This document shows positions 26,644 to 34,747 of a stretch of 64,000 bases of DNA, in pieces. Source of the stretch: Clostridiales bacterium (lineage in GTDB: Bacteria; Bacillota; Clostridia; Christensenellales; CAG-138). The first letter of the stretch is position 1. Every line of letters begins with the position of its first letter. The DNA lies in contig SVGX01000002.1 in assembly GCA_015056105.1 (NCBI GenBank), positions 7,417 to 71,416 of the forward strand. The letters are read 5' to 3'. The notes below the pieces were generated by a model. That model was given only the letters and a program-made list of their open reading frames with translations. It was not told the origin of the DNA and made no database searches. Made by a program: the position numbers and the translations under genes.

Positions 26644-26950
26644 AAAAGCCTTGATCCTTTAGGGGCGCTGAGCTAAGAAAACAATGCCGCAAAACGGATC
26701 CATTCCGGGCAACTGCATCGTCATTGTCGGTCGGAATACCTACGGGTATGCCTCCCTCCTCTTCCTTGCATTTACCCAAAAGCGATCCATTTTGCGGTCG
26801 AAGAGTCTAAAAAGGCAAGACCGGTTCTATCAGAAGGCGCGTGGTCGAAGGAATAGTGGTGCTATTTCAAGACCGCGCAACACACTGATAGGGCCGGTCT
26901 TGCCTTTCTTAGACCGTTGTTTTTTAACTCAGCGCCCCTTCAAGGCTTTT
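26644..26950. other. roughly 310-nt composite inverted-repeat / structured-RNA candidate nested in a terminator-like stem
   Basis: Outer helix 26644-26672 pairs with 26928-26950. Inner helix A: 26687-26700 with 26784-26797 (13 of 14 bp). Inner helix B: 26805-26833 with 26885-26914 (29 bp with one bulge), capped by helix 26839-26846 / 26871-26878. No credible ORF. Confidence 0.55.
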
Positions 26951-26968
26951 CTTTATTTTGTACGGATT

Positions 26969-27664
26969 TTACGCAAACAGCGGCAGCAGGAAGGGCATCA
27001 GCACCGCTGTCAAAATGCCCGCTACCACAAGGGAAAGGCTGCTGACGGCACCCGTCAGCTCATTGAGCTCTGCTGCCTTTGCGGTGCCCGCAACGTGGGA
27101 TGCGGTGCCGAATGCAACGCCCTGGGCGATGGGATGTTTGATCTTTGCGATCCGGCACAGGCCTTCCCCCGCCACATTGCCGAGAATGCCGGAAAGAATG
27201 ACCGCCGCCGCCGTCAGCGGCACCAGCCCACCCGCCTCCGTCGCAAGGGGGATCGCCATGGCGGTGGTAACGCTTTTCGGCAGCAGGGCAATGCTTACAG
27301 CGTTTTCCGTTCGGAAAAAGAAGCACATCCCGGCGATCAGAAAAATGCCGGATGCGGCGCCCGCAAAAACGCCCGCAAAGATGGCCGTAAGGTTGCCCTT
27401 GAGCCTGTCGAGCTGCTTATAGAGGGGAATGCCGAAGCAGACCGTACAGGGCGTAAGCAAAAAGGAAAGGTGGGTCACACCGGCCTGATACTGCGCGTTC
27501 GGCACCTTGAATACGATAAGCAGAAGGATGATCAGCGCCGCACCGGTAAGAATGGGCGAAAGGGCGGCGATGCGGGTCTTTTTCTGCACCCATGCGCCAA
27601 GCTGGTAAGCGCCTGCGGTAAGGCAGATCGCCCAGAGAGCGCTTGCGGAAAGAAACTCACTCAT
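26969..27664 (-). CDS. lrgB: LrgB family protein
   Basis: Start at MSEFLSASALW (ATG 27664, RBS AAGGAGGA upstream), overlapping the lrgA stop (ATGAGTGA). Multi-TM LrgB-like sequence. Confidence 0.85.
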   Translation of the reverse strand: MSEFLSASALWAICLTAGAYQLGAWVQKKTRIAALSPILTGAALIILLLIVFKVPNAQYQAGVTHLSFLLTPCTVCFGIPLYKQLDRLKGNLTAIFAGVFAGAASGIFLIAGMCFFFRTENAVSIALLPKSVTTAMAIPLATEAGGLVPLTAAAVILSGILGNVAGEGLCRIAKIKHPIAQGVAFGTASHVAGTAKAAELNELTGAVSSLSLVVAGILTAVLMPFLLPLFA

Positions 27665-28019
27665 GGTGCTTTTCCTCCTTTTTCTGCAGCACAAGCTCCG
27701 TGACCCTGCCGGAAAGGTAAAAGATAAACACGGTGGAAACAACGATCACCGCAAGGCTCGGCAGCAGCGCGTTTTTCATCACATCCCAGCAATCCATCAG
27801 ATCCACCATAGGTGCCACAAACAAAAGCGGCAGCAGGCTGATCAGCATATTGCCCGCCGTTTCCACCTGCTCCACACGCAGAAGCTTTGTCTTCAGCGCA
27901 AGGAACAGCAGCAGCAGCCCATAAATGGAAGCAGGTATGGGCAGCGGCAGCAGTGCGCTCAGCGCCTCCCCCAAAAAAGTAAAGGCGAAAATGATCAGAA
28001 GCTGCGAAAGATATTTCAT
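27657..28019 (-). CDS. lrgA: CidA/LrgA family holin-like protein
   Basis: Start at MKYLSQLLIIFAFTFLGEAL (ATG 28019). About 120 aa with 4 TM, typical of LrgA/CidA and paired with lrgB. Confidence 0.85.
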   Translation of the reverse strand: MKYLSQLLIIFAFTFLGEALSALLPLPIPASIYGLLLLFLALKTKLLRVEQVETAGNMLISLLPLLFVAPMVDLMDCWDVMKNALLPSLAVIVVSTVFIFYLSGRVTELVLQKKEEKHHE

Positions 28020-28164
28020 GAAGATCCCCTCGGATAACGGTTCTGTTTTCTTTGTTTTGCCCGGAAAAAGGCCGGAAAGCCGCTTTTTTCGGGCGCCCTG
28101 ATATATTTTACACAATTGCCGCGCTTTTGCAAGCCCACATCAAATATTTAATGAAAAAACTGCC

Positions 28165-28212
28165 GAAAAGAAGAAAAACGAGCGCCCCGCAGCATGATGC
28201 CGCGGGGCGCTC
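28165..28212 (-). terminator. intrinsic terminator ending the ABC / amidohydrolase operon
   Basis: Minus strand: GAGCGCCCCGC, 11-nt loop, GCGGGGCGCT (28180-28212), then a U-rich tail GTTTTTCTTCTTTT. Confidence 0.8.
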
Positions 28213-28234
28213 CAGCAAAGTGCGGAAACAGCTC

Positions 28235-29074
28235 TTATTTCTTGAAGAGCTTGTAGACATCCTCACGCCTGTTTTCAAGGGTGATGACCTGCTTTTTGAC
28301 CTTCATACGGTATTCGGGATCGATCTCCGCGGTGATCACGCAGGGCTTGTCATGGGCCTTGGCGATGATGTTGCCCCAGGGATCGATGATCAGGGAACGG
28401 CCATAGGTGGGGCCGTCATACTTCACGCCGCACTGGCCGCCCGCAAGCAGGTAGCAGCTGTTTTCAATGGCGCGGCTCTGGAGCAGGATATCCCAGTGAT
28501 CCTTACCGGTCATGAGATAGAAGCTGGAAGGAACGAAGAAAAGGTCCGCACCTTCCATGGCCATCAGACGGAAGAGCTCGGGGAAGCGAAGATCATAGCA
28601 GATGGAAAGACCAAGCTGGCCGATCTCCTTGGTATCGTAGACAACGATATCCTTGCCGGGGCACTTGTGGTCACTCTCGCGGTAGGCGTGGGCGCCGGCA
28701 ACATCCATATCGGAAGCATGGATCTTGCGGTACTTGGCAACAAGCTCACCCTTGGGGTTGAAGAGCATGCTGGTGTTGTGGGGGCGCGGGTCAGCGGGGT
28801 TTTCGTTTTTCTCGCTGGAGCTGCCGCTGTGGATCCACATGTTGTACTTCACCGCCAGCTCGCTGAGCATGGTGGCAAGACGGCCGCCGGGCATATCTTC
28901 CGCATAGTCGCGGTAATCGTTGCCCTGGTAGGTCCAGTTTTCGGGCAGGGTGACAAGCTTTGCCTGACGGGCGCCGGCTTCGCCGATAAAGTCCGCAGCC
29001 GCTTTCAGGTTTTCTTCGTAGTTTTCGTTGGTATCAAGCTGGATGACCGCAGCAACATATTTCTTATCGAACAT
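28235..29074 (-). CDS. carbon-nitrogen hydrolase family protein (nitrilase superfamily), paralogue 1
   Basis: The Glu-Lys-Cys triad motifs are all present: LVTLPE, YRKIH, LSICYDLRFPE. 279 aa. Confidence 0.9.
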   Translation of the reverse strand: MFDKKYVAAVIQLDTNENYEENLKAAADFIGEAGARQAKLVTLPENWTYQGNDYRDYAEDMPGGRLATMLSELAVKYNMWIHSGSSSEKNENPADPRPHNTSMLFNPKGELVAKYRKIHASDMDVAGAHAYRESDHKCPGKDIVVYDTKEIGQLGLSICYDLRFPELFRLMAMEGADLFFVPSSFYLMTGKDHWDILLQSRAIENSCYLLAGGQCGVKYDGPTYGRSLIIDPWGNIIAKAHDKPCVITAEIDPEYRMKVKKQVITLENRREDVYKLFKK

Positions 29075-29110
29075 AATCGTTTCCCTCTTACTGATATTGT
29101 TTGATGAACG

Positions 29111-29149
29111 GAAAAATGCGGCGTGGGAGGGGGATCTCTCCCGCGCCGC
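29111..29149 (-). terminator. hairpin plus U-run between the two C-N hydrolase paralogues
   Basis: GCGGCGTGGGAG (29118-29129) pairs with CTCCCGCGCCGC (29138-29149). The A5 run at 29112-29116 gives a U-run on the minus strand. Confidence 0.6.
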
Positions 29150-29158
29150 CCGTATCGC

Positions 29159-29998
29159 TTAGACCTTGCTGAGGTTGTAGACGTCTTCACGCCTGTTTTC
29201 AAGGGTGATGACCTGCTTCTTGACCTTCATGCGATAGTTGGGATCGATCTCCGCAGTGATGACGCAGGAATAGTCCGGCGCCTTGGCAATCACATTGCCC
29301 CAGGGATCGATGATCAGGGAGCGGCCGTAGGTGGGGCCGTCATACTTGACGCCGCACTGGTCGGCAGCCATCAGATAGCAGCTGTTTTCAATGGCGCGGG
29401 CACGGAGAAGAACTTCCCAGTGATCCTTGCCGCTCATGAGAACGAAGCTGGCGGGATTGAAGAACACATCCGCGCCTTCCATGGCCATCAGACGGAACTG
29501 CTCCGGGAAGCGGAGGTCGTAGCAGATGGCAAGACCGAGCTTACCGACTTCCTTGGTGTCGTACACAACGATCTCGTTGCCGGGGCACTTGCTCTCGGAC
29601 TCACGGAAGCTGCCGCCGCCGATGATATCCACGTCAAACATATGAACCTGGGTGTACTTGGCAACAAGCTCGCCGTTGGGGTTGATGAGCATGCTGGTGT
29701 TCAGGGGACGGGGATCTTCGGGGTTGGGGTTCTTCTGGCTGGAGCTGCCGCTGTGGATCCACATGTTGTACTTCTTGGCCAGCTCGCTGAGCATGGTGCA
29801 GGTACGGCCGCCGGGCATATCTTCCGCATAGTCGCGGTAATGATGGCCCTGATAGGTCCAGTTCTCCGGCATGGTGATGAGCTTCGCGCCGCGGGAAGCG
29901 GCTTCGCCGATCAGATCCGCAGCGCACTTCAGATTGTGCTCGTAATTGTCATTGGTGTCGAGCTGAATACATGCAGCAATATACTTCTGGTCAAACAT
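29159..29998 (-). CDS. carbon-nitrogen hydrolase family protein, paralogue 2 (catalytic Lys position is Gln)
   Basis: 279 aa and colinear with paralogue 1 without gaps. LITMPE and LAICYDLRFPE are present, but the YRKIH box reads YTQVH. Confidence 0.88.
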   Translation of the reverse strand: MFDQKYIAACIQLDTNDNYEHNLKCAADLIGEAASRGAKLITMPENWTYQGHHYRDYAEDMPGGRTCTMLSELAKKYNMWIHSGSSSQKNPNPEDPRPLNTSMLINPNGELVAKYTQVHMFDVDIIGGGSFRESESKCPGNEIVVYDTKEVGKLGLAICYDLRFPEQFRLMAMEGADVFFNPASFVLMSGKDHWEVLLRARAIENSCYLMAADQCGVKYDGPTYGRSLIIDPWGNVIAKAPDYSCVITAEIDPNYRMKVKKQVITLENRREDVYNLSKV

Positions 29999-30027
29999 GG
30001 TTTTATCTCCCTTCAGAAATCAAGTGC

Positions 30028-30777
30028 TCAGCAGTTGAACTTCCACTGCATATACTCCGCGATGCGGGCTACGCAGCGTTCCACAACTTCCTTACCCTTT
30101 TCGGCGGTAGCGATGGTGGCGTCACCAAGGATGCCGTTTTCGGTGGTCTCATTAAATACGGTGAAGTCGATGATGTCGCCGTACTTTTCGTATTCATCGC
30201 CCTCTTTGGGGGTGACCTTTTCGGCCTTGGACATATCCACATACTCGGGATGCAGGTGGAGCATGACGGAAGTGCCGCACTCGCTGGCATGGCCATGGCA
30301 CATCCAGCCGGTGGTCTCGCATACGCCGAGAGCCTGGTTGCGGGTGAAGCGCCACCAGTCAACCTGCGCGCACTTGATGCCAAGCTCGCGCTCAAGGGGA
30401 CGGCAAACCTGACCCACCATGGGTACATTGCCCGCATGGCCGTTGATGAACATGAAGTTCTTGAAGCCAAGGTGCATCAGGGAGGTCATGTAATCCTCAA
30501 TGATGGCGGTCCAGGTGCTGGGACGGATGTACATGGTGCCGGGATACTTGGTAAGGGAATAGGATTCGCCGACCTCAAGGGAGGGACCGATCATGGCGTT
30601 GACGCGGTCAGCAACGCGCTCCGCGATATCCTGTGCGCAAATGATATCGCTGCCCATGGGCATATGGGGGCCGTACACTTCGATGGCGCCGACAGGGATG
30701 ATGACGGTGTCACAGGTCTTTTTGCGCTCCGCAAACTCGGTGGAGCTCATCAGTTTGATCCAATTGGTGTTCTGCAT
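30028..30777 (-). CDS. creatininase family amidohydrolase
   Basis: Start at MQNTNWIKL (ATG 30777, RBS GGAGGA upstream). VIIPVGAIEVYGPHMPMGSD and FINGHAGN motifs are typical of the creatininase (PF02633-like) family. Confidence 0.85.
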   Translation of the reverse strand: MQNTNWIKLMSSTEFAERKKTCDTVIIPVGAIEVYGPHMPMGSDIICAQDIAERVADRVNAMIGPSLEVGESYSLTKYPGTMYIRPSTWTAIIEDYMTSLMHLGFKNFMFINGHAGNVPMVGQVCRPLERELGIKCAQVDWWRFTRNQALGVCETTGWMCHGHASECGTSVMLHLHPEYVDMSKAEKVTPKEGDEYEKYGDIIDFTVFNETTENGILGDATIATAEKGKEVVERCVARIAEYMQWKFNC

Positions 30778-30806
30778 AATGTTTGTTTTCCTCCGCATTC
30801 ACCAGC

Positions 30807-31769
30807 TTAAAGCTGATTGATTTCCTTTACATTGTGACAGGCCACGAAATGGCCTTCGATCGCTTCCTCAAGCTGCGGATTCTCCTGGTAGCAGATATCC
30901 GTTGCGTAGGGGCAGCGGGCGGCAAAGCGGCAGCCGGGCTTCGGGTCGATGGGAGAGGTGATCTCGCCGGTCAGAAGCTGGCGCTTCCTGCCTTCGATGA
31001 TCTCCGGGATCGGCACAGCCGCAAGCAGCGCCTTGGTATAGGGATGCAGGCGGTTTTTGAAGATCTCCTCCGCGGAAGAGAACTCCACCATGTTGCCAAG
31101 GTACATGATCATGATGTTGTCGCTGATATGCTTGACAACGCTCATGTTGTGGGTGATGAACATGTAGGTCAGGTCAAACTCATCCTGAAGATCCTGCATC
31201 AGGTTGAGGATCTGCGCCTGAATGGAAACGTCAAGGGCGGAAACCGGCTCATCGCAGACGATAAATTCCGGGTTCAGCGCCAGCGCGCGTGCGATGCCGA
31301 TACGCTGACGGCGGCCGCCGTCCAGCTCGTGGGGATAGGAATTGGCAAAACGCCTTGCAAGACCAACGGTGTCCATCAGGCGGCCCACTTCCTTGCCGAG
31401 CTCTGCGCTGTTCTTCGTGGTCTTATAGATCAGAAGGGGCTCTGCGATCAGCTGGCTGACGCTCATACGCGGGTTGAGCGAGGAGAAGGGATCCTGGAAG
31501 ATCATCTGCACATGGGAGCGGAATTCCTTCAGCTCATGCTTGGTCAGGTCGCTCACATCGCGGCCGTCAAAGAAGATCTTGCCGTCCGTGCGCTCATGCA
31601 GGTGGATGACCGTACGGCCAAGGGTGGACTTACCGCAGCCGGATTCACCGACCACGCCCAGGGTCTGGCCGCGCTCGATCTTGAAGTTGATATCATCCAC
31701 AGCGTGGAGCAGGCCGCGGGGGGTCTTGAAGTATTTCTTTAAGTTTTGGACTTCAACTAAGGTAGACAT
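30807..31769 (-). CDS. ABC transporter ATP-binding protein (DppF/OppF-like)
   Basis: Start at MSTLVEVQNLKKYF (ATG 31769, RBS AAGGAG upstream). Walker A GESGCGKST and Walker B IVCDEPVSALD. Confidence 0.92.
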   Translation of the reverse strand: MSTLVEVQNLKKYFKTPRGLLHAVDDINFKIERGQTLGVVGESGCGKSTLGRTVIHLHERTDGKIFFDGRDVSDLTKHELKEFRSHVQMIFQDPFSSLNPRMSVSQLIAEPLLIYKTTKNSAELGKEVGRLMDTVGLARRFANSYPHELDGGRRQRIGIARALALNPEFIVCDEPVSALDVSIQAQILNLMQDLQDEFDLTYMFITHNMSVVKHISDNIMIMYLGNMVEFSSAEEIFKNRLHPYTKALLAAVPIPEIIEGRKRQLLTGEITSPIDPKPGCRFAARCPYATDICYQENPQLEEAIEGHFVACHNVKEINQL

Positions 31770-31770
31770 T

Positions 31771-32745
31771 TCAGTTCTCCTTTCCCGCAAACTTCGTGCA
31801 GCGCACCATATGGCCGGGCTCGATCTCAATGTAGGGCACCGCGCCCTTCATGCACTTCTCGCAGGCCTCGCCGCAGCGCTCCGCAAAGGCACAGCCTGCG
31901 GGCAGCTTGGTGGGGTCGGGCATCAGGCCGGGAATGGGCTTGAGGCGGGTCACGGTCTCGTTGAGGTTCGGGATGGAACCGAACAAGCCGACGGTATAGG
32001 GGTGAGAAGGATTCTTATAAATATGCTCCAGCGTGCCGTATTCCACGATCTCGCCCGCATAGATGATCGCAACCTTGTTGCACACTTCCGCCACAACACC
32101 AAGGTCATGGGTGATGAGCAAAAGGGAGGTATCATACTTCACCTTCAGCTGCTCGATGAGCTCAAGCACCTGCGCCTGAATGGTCACGTCAAGGGCGGTG
32201 GTGGGCTCGTCTGCGATGAGCAGGGAAGGATTACAGGCAAGGGCGATGGCAATGACGATACGCTGCTTCATGCCGCCGGAGAACTGGTGAGGATATTCGG
32301 TGGCGCGGCCGCCTTCAATGCCGACGATCTCCATCATTTCCTTGGCGCGCTGGAAGGCTTCCGCCTTGGTCACGTTCTGGTGCAGGCGGATCACCTCTGC
32401 GATCTGGTCGCCAACGGTGAGCATGGGGTTCAGAGCCGTCATGGGATCCTGGAAGATCATGGAGATCTCATTGCCGCGGATCTTGCGCATTTCCTTCTCG
32501 CTCTTCTCGCGCAGGTTTTCGCCGCGGTAGAGGATCTCGCCGCCGGTGATCTTGCCCGGCGGGTTGGGAATGAGACCCATGATGGAAAGGGCGGTGGTGG
32601 TCTTGCCGGCACCGGTCTCGCCGACGAGGCCGAGGGATTCGCCCTTTTCAAGGCTCAGCGTAATGCCGTTTACGGCGCGAACGGTATCCTTACCGGCACT
32701 GTACTGCACATAGAGGTCTTTGATTTCAAGAATGTTTTCGCTCAT
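31771..32745 (-). CDS. ABC transporter ATP-binding protein (DppD/OppD-like)
   Basis: Walker [10 protein letters not shown], signature FSGGMKQRI, Walker [12 protein letters not shown]. Confidence 0.92.
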   Translation of the reverse strand: MSENILEIKDLYVQYSAGKDTVRAVNGITLSLEKGESLGLVGETGAGKTTTALSIMGLIPNPPGKITGGEILYRGENLREKSEKEMRKIRGNEISMIFQDPMTALNPMLTVGDQIAEVIRLHQNVTKAEAFQRAKEMMEIVGIEGGRATEYPHQFSGGMKQRIVIAIALACNPSLLIADEPTTALDVTIQAQVLELIEQLKVKYDTSLLLITHDLGVVAEVCNKVAIIYAGEIVEYGTLEHIYKNPSHPYTVGLFGSIPNLNETVTRLKPIPGLMPDPTKLPAGCAFAERCGEACEKCMKGAVPYIEIEPGHMVRCTKFAGKEN

Positions 32746-32759
32746 AGTTTTTCACCTCA

Positions 32760-33665
32760 TTAGGTCTTGAGCTTGGGATCGAGCGCGTCACGCAGGCCGT
32801 CTCCGAAGAGGTTGAAGGAGAACGCGGCCGTCATGATGGCAAGGCCCGGGAACGTGACCAACCACCAGTAATCGCGGATATAGGCACGGGCAGAAGACGC
32901 CATGGAGCCCCATTCCGGTGTCGGTGGCGGAACGCCGAGGCCAAGGAAGCTCAGGCCCGTTGCGCTCATGATGGTGGTGGCGATGCTCATGGTCGCCTGT
33001 ACGATGATGGGCGCAAGGCAGTTGGGCAGGATGTACTTGAAGATGATGCGCGCATCGCTGGCGCCGGTGGAATAGGCCGCTTCCACGTATTCGGAGCCCT
33101 TGGCGGAAAGCACGCTGACGCGTGTAACGCGGGCATAACCGGCGATGGAACCGATAGAAAGCGCGATGATCAAATTCGGGATGGTGCTGCCGAGAGCCGC
33201 CACGATGGAGATACCAAGCAGCGTATTCGGGATGGCCATCAGGATATCGATGAAGCGCATCAGAAGGTTATCGGTGACGCCGCTGTAGAAGCCGGCGACC
33301 GCACCGATGATAACGCCGATGACACAGGAGATCACCACCGTCACAATACCGATCTCCATGGAGGTACGGCAGCCGTAGATCACGCGGGCGAAGATATCGC
33401 GGCCGTATTCATCCGTGCCGAAAAGGTGTTCGCTGCTCGGCGGGAGGAAGCGGGCACGAAGATCCTGCGCGATCGGATCATACTTGGTGAGCAGCTGGGG
33501 GAACATGGCCGCAAAGAGGAGAAATGCAACGATCACAAGGCCGAACACGGCGGCTTTGTTGCGCATGAAGCGACCGATGATCTCCTTCGCCTGACCGTGA
33601 CCGCCAACGGCGATTTCATTGGAAGAAGCGTTTACAGCTTGCTTGTTTTTCTTGATCGCAGCCAT
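32760..33665 (-). CDS. ABC transporter permease (DppC/OppC-like)
   Basis: HLFGTDEYGRDIFARVIYG motif and multi-TM body. Abuts the upstream permease gene (33666). Confidence 0.9.
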   Translation of the reverse strand: MAAIKKNKQAVNASSNEIAVGGHGQAKEIIGRFMRNKAAVFGLVIVAFLLFAAMFPQLLTKYDPIAQDLRARFLPPSSEHLFGTDEYGRDIFARVIYGCRTSMEIGIVTVVISCVIGVIIGAVAGFYSGVTDNLLMRFIDILMAIPNTLLGISIVAALGSTIPNLIIALSIGSIAGYARVTRVSVLSAKGSEYVEAAYSTGASDARIIFKYILPNCLAPIIVQATMSIATTIMSATGLSFLGLGVPPPTPEWGSMASSARAYIRDYWWLVTFPGLAIMTAAFSFNLFGDGLRDALDPKLKT

Positions 33666-34631
33666 TTAGCTCACCTTCTCTTTCCTGGGCGCCTTCTTTT
33701 TGCCGCTGACATACTGGGAACGGATGCGCGGGTCAACGAAGGCATAGATAATGTCGATCATAAGGTTGATAAGAGACATCGCGATGGCAACAAACAGGAT
33801 GCCGCCCTGCACAAGGGGCGCATTCTTGGTGTTGATGCCGTCAACGATCATCTTGCCGATACCGTTGATGGAGAATACCGTTTCAATAACCGCCGCGCCG
33901 CCAAGAAGCTTTGCAAAGTCGGTACCGGCAACGGTGATGATGGGCAGCACCGCGTTGCGGAACGCGTGCTTCATGACCACCACGAATTCGCTCTGGCCCT
34001 TGGCCCGCGCCGTGCGGACATAGTCCTCACGGATGGCCTCCAGCATGCTGGAACGGGTCATACGCATGCAGGCTGCAAGGCCCCAGGTGCTCAAGGTGAA
34101 CGCGGGGAGGATCCAGTGCTTCCAGCTCGAAAGGCCGGAAGGCGGCAACCATCCAAGGATGACCGAGAAGAGGATAATCAGCATAAGACCTTCCCAGAAG
34201 CTGGGGAGGGAAACGCCGACCATAGCAAACATACGGGTGGCGTTATCGAGGAAGCTGTATTGCTTCACCGCCGAAACAACACCCAGCGTTACGCCGATCA
34301 CGATGGCGAACACCTCCGCCCAGAGCGAAAGCTTCATCGTCGTGGGGAAGGCTGACATAATCTCTTTCATGACGGGCTGGCGGGTGGCATAGGAAATGCC
34401 GAAATCGCCGGTGACCGCATTTGCCACATAGCTGACATACTGCACGATAAAGGGTCGGTTCAGACCGTTCTGCTCGTTGAAAAGGGCCTTGTCTTCTTCC
34501 GTGGCCAATTCACCGAGGATATAATCCGCAGTCTCACCCGGCGAAAAATACATCATGGAAAATGTAATGAACGTTACGCCAAGCATTACCGGGATCATCA
34601 TGATGATCCGTTTGAAGATGTACTTGAGCAT
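33666..34631 (-). CDS. ABC transporter permease (DppB/OppB-like)
   Basis: MLKYIFKRIIMMIPVMLGVTFITF N-terminus and multi-TM body. Confidence 0.9.
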   Translation of the reverse strand: MLKYIFKRIIMMIPVMLGVTFITFSMMYFSPGETADYILGELATEEDKALFNEQNGLNRPFIVQYVSYVANAVTGDFGISYATRQPVMKEIMSAFPTTMKLSLWAEVFAIVIGVTLGVVSAVKQYSFLDNATRMFAMVGVSLPSFWEGLMLIILFSVILGWLPPSGLSSWKHWILPAFTLSTWGLAACMRMTRSSMLEAIREDYVRTARAKGQSEFVVVMKHAFRNAVLPIITVAGTDFAKLLGGAAVIETVFSINGIGKMIVDGINTKNAPLVQGGILFVAIAMSLINLMIDIIYAFVDPRIRSQYVSGKKKAPRKEKVS

Positions 34632-34657
34632 CTTGTTTCCTCCGGCTTTAAATCTTG

Positions 34658-34694
34658 GAAAAACCGGCTGCCAGGCTCTCTGCCCGGCAGCCGG
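34658..34694 (-). terminator. intra-operon hairpin plus U-run between the SBP and permease genes
   Basis: CCGGCTGCCAGG (34664-34675) pairs with CCCGGCAGCCGG (34683-34694). The A5 run at 34659-34663 gives a U-run on the minus strand. Confidence 0.6.
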
Positions 34695-34747
34695 CCATCT
34701 TGCGGCTCAAGCGCCGCCGTTATTGATTGGGGATATGCTGTTGAAGC

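Noticed and set aside
26435-26779. 114-aa minus-strand ORF preceded by an AG-rich SD-like tract within the structured element
   Set aside because: The ORF runs into the antisense of the DUF4428-like gene and has no family resemblance. The AG-rich tract is simply the complement of the CU-rich loop.
26644-26950. Retron msr-msd ncRNA, group II intron fragment, SRP RNA, RNase P or 6S as the identity of the structured element
   Set aside because: No reverse transcriptase or intron ORF is adjacent. The conserved cores I remember are absent: RNase P GAGGAAAGUCC, SRP GGAAGCAGC apical motif, tRNA-like ends of tmRNA. The two-module architecture does not fit the single interrupted helix of 6S. These judgements were made by eye only, so a covariance-model scan is still needed.
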